This document shows, piece after piece, positions 62,201 to 64,000 of a stretch of 64,000 nucleotides of DNA. The notes under the pieces are model-generated. The model was not told the DNA's origin. It saw only the letters and a program-made list of their open reading frames with translations, and did no database searches. Within the stretch, counting starts at the first letter, position 1; every line of letters begins with the position of its first letter. This DNA is from Amphiscolops sp. MND2022 (Eukaryota): positions 86,802,001 to 86,866,000 of the forward strand of contig OZ076409.1 in the NCBI GenBank assembly GCA_964187785.1, in the 5' to 3' direction. Made by a program: the position numbers and the translations under genes.

Positions 62201-64000
62201 CTGATATTGATATAGATTAACATAATCGAATTAAAATGGAAATACCGTATTTCTTCGAATAAAAGCCGTATCTTATGAGTTCATATTTTATGTGGTTATG
62301 CAGATTCTATTTGAGGGCTGTATGTATTCAGGGACGGCTTGTATTATTAAAATTCTTAAACGTTTTGAGCTGATTTTGAAGTGATAATTTTGGAGCTAAT
62401 ATTGTGTTTTCATGTGATTTTTTTTCATAACCGATGTCAAATGAGAAACAAAACCAACTTCTTTTTGTTCTTAGTTGATGAAAATGCTATAAAATAAGGA
62501 ATTTCGGTTCTTTTTCCGAAGCGCGTTTCGAATAAGTACTTGGTTTGAATTTTTATCTGTGGCTTCTAAGATTAAATATTTTGACCAAATGAGGCCTCTA
62601 ATCGAGAGCGACCCGAAAAGTACGGTTCACGTCCGCGTATAATCAAAATTCGATGTTGGATTGCGCAATTCATTATATTGGAAAGATTTGGGAAATTCCT
62701 AATGAAAAAGCATGCAAAAAGGGTTCTCCTTCTTACTTTAGGTGTCTCCAAATCTTCCAATGTCTTCTTAGTAGCAGCAACTTCATTTATTAAGTTGTTG
62801 TTCTGAGCTTTCATTCCTGTGGATAAAATTAATGTTGAAATGTAAAATAGCTGGTATTGATCAAATCAGTTGCTTTTGATGACAATTTTAACCTGTAATT
62901 TGGCGTTTTCTCTGAGTGTACCGTTCTCCATACGTTTTGTGATCTTCTTGCAGCTTCACGTAAATTGGCGTATCATGAGCTAGTTTTTCTTCTTTAGATG
63001 TCTTGGCTTTTGTATACTTCTCGACGCTAGCCTGGAAACATTTTTATTCACAAAATCAAATGATATGCTCGCTTCAGCTCTTCTGGAAGCAAGAGCACTG
63101 CTCAAAATCATAGACTCCAACATAAAAATTTAGCAACTGAGCAATTTCAGAACATCGCGCATCTGCAGAATCATAATATTGCTATTTTTTCAGAACAAAC
63201 CGGGAAGGACCAAATGGGTGCCTGCTTCAGGCTCAAAAAAGCGAAAATTTTCGAAAATGCTCACGTACAATTATTGAAGAAATTTTCACAAACCTCAGTC
63301 CTAAAAAACCCAGAGGGGTTAGAAAAAAAGCTTTTGGTTATAGGACTTTTTGAAATACATAAAAAAAAGCAGTTGGAAAAATTGAAAATCCAGTCAATGA
63401 AAAATCGAAAGAAGTTGCACAGAACCGAAAAACCTAAAAGGAGGGTCCTTTAGTCTCGCCTTATTTTGCAAACAAAATTTCAGTCCTGCACGGGATTCAA
63501 ACACACCAGGCAGGAAAAAACTTATAAAATCTGCTAGTTCAAGTAGTCTTAGAATAGTCACCGCTCCACTAAGTAGTCTGCATTTTCTATCGGAAGCGCC
63601 GAGAAATTTGTTTTGCAAACCGTAGATTTTATAGCAATACGGCTATTATGAAACAGTTGGTAATTTTTGTCTTGAAATCAATGAAAATTTTGATAAACTT
63701 GGTGCTTTTACAATACTGAGATTCATGTCCCAACCTCGTACATCTTGACATCTTTCTCAAGCTTTTCTCTCATTTTCTGGTAATCTTCTTTGGCCTTTTT
63801 CAGTTTTTCTTGGTTCTGTTTGATCTCAGTTTCAGCTTTTTTCAATGACTTCTGCAACTCTTGCCCTTCTTTCGTCAAAGTCGAATGCTCTTTCTTGCCC
63901 TCTGATATTCTTTTGTTCAGAGTCGACAACTGACGAGCATTTTCAGCTTTCAGTTTTTCCATCTGTTTCAAAATTTCATCCAATTCGTTTTGAAGTTCCT
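59249..64000 (-). CDS. Host multi-exon coiled-coil protein with acidic C-terminal tail (3' part; continues beyond window)
   Basis: Exons >64000-63735, 63031-62893, 62816-62737, 62134-61879, 61251-61051 and 59706-59249, all with GT-AG boundaries and consistent phases (0,1,0,1,1); open frame to TAG at 59249. Confidence 0.85.
60020..60750. repeat. Intronic ~175-190-bp minisatellite, four diverged units
   Basis: 'acta(c/t)tggacaac(g/a)aatt...ttttcaacatt...aaaaattgcat' near 60064, 60250, 60437 and 60610. Confidence 0.85.

Noticed and set aside
62244..62626. pogo/Tc1-like MITE in an intron (taccgta...tacggt)
   Set aside because: Terminal match is too short and imperfect, and no clean TA duplication is seen on the right side.

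Overview
AT-rich eukaryotic (invertebrate-animal-like) genomic DNA, mostly nested and decayed mobile elements, with a 200-N assembly gap at 36021-36220. From left to right: (1) a nearly intact APE-RT LINE with a signal-peptide-like leader and a 2A/StopGo motif, abutting a truncated, intronless DEG/ENaC channel gene; (2) a ~12.6-kb decayed Polinton/Maverick (adintovirus-like) element with protease, minor capsid, ATPase, integrase, major capsid and pPolB, inserted in a ~140-150-bp satellite, its capsid gene split by a TA-duplicating TIR element; (3) an LTR remnant and a decayed Gypsy element, followed by an antisense, intron-containing zinc-finger/hAT-like gene; (4) a 1.84-kb duplication carrying solo LTRs, and tandem Polinton fragments next to the gap; (5) a minus-strand Gypsy pol followed directly by a chuvirus-type glycoprotein (env) and a coiled-coil + J-domain ORF, the most unusual system here; (6) two tRNA-Ser-like copies, a Copia element, MITEs and a chimeric 453-bp LINE-fragment array; (7) host genes: Hsp10, with a duplicated 3' region, and the last six exons of a coiled-coil protein gene. 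All family calls come from reading motifs by eye; no searches were run, and boundaries of decayed elements are approximate.
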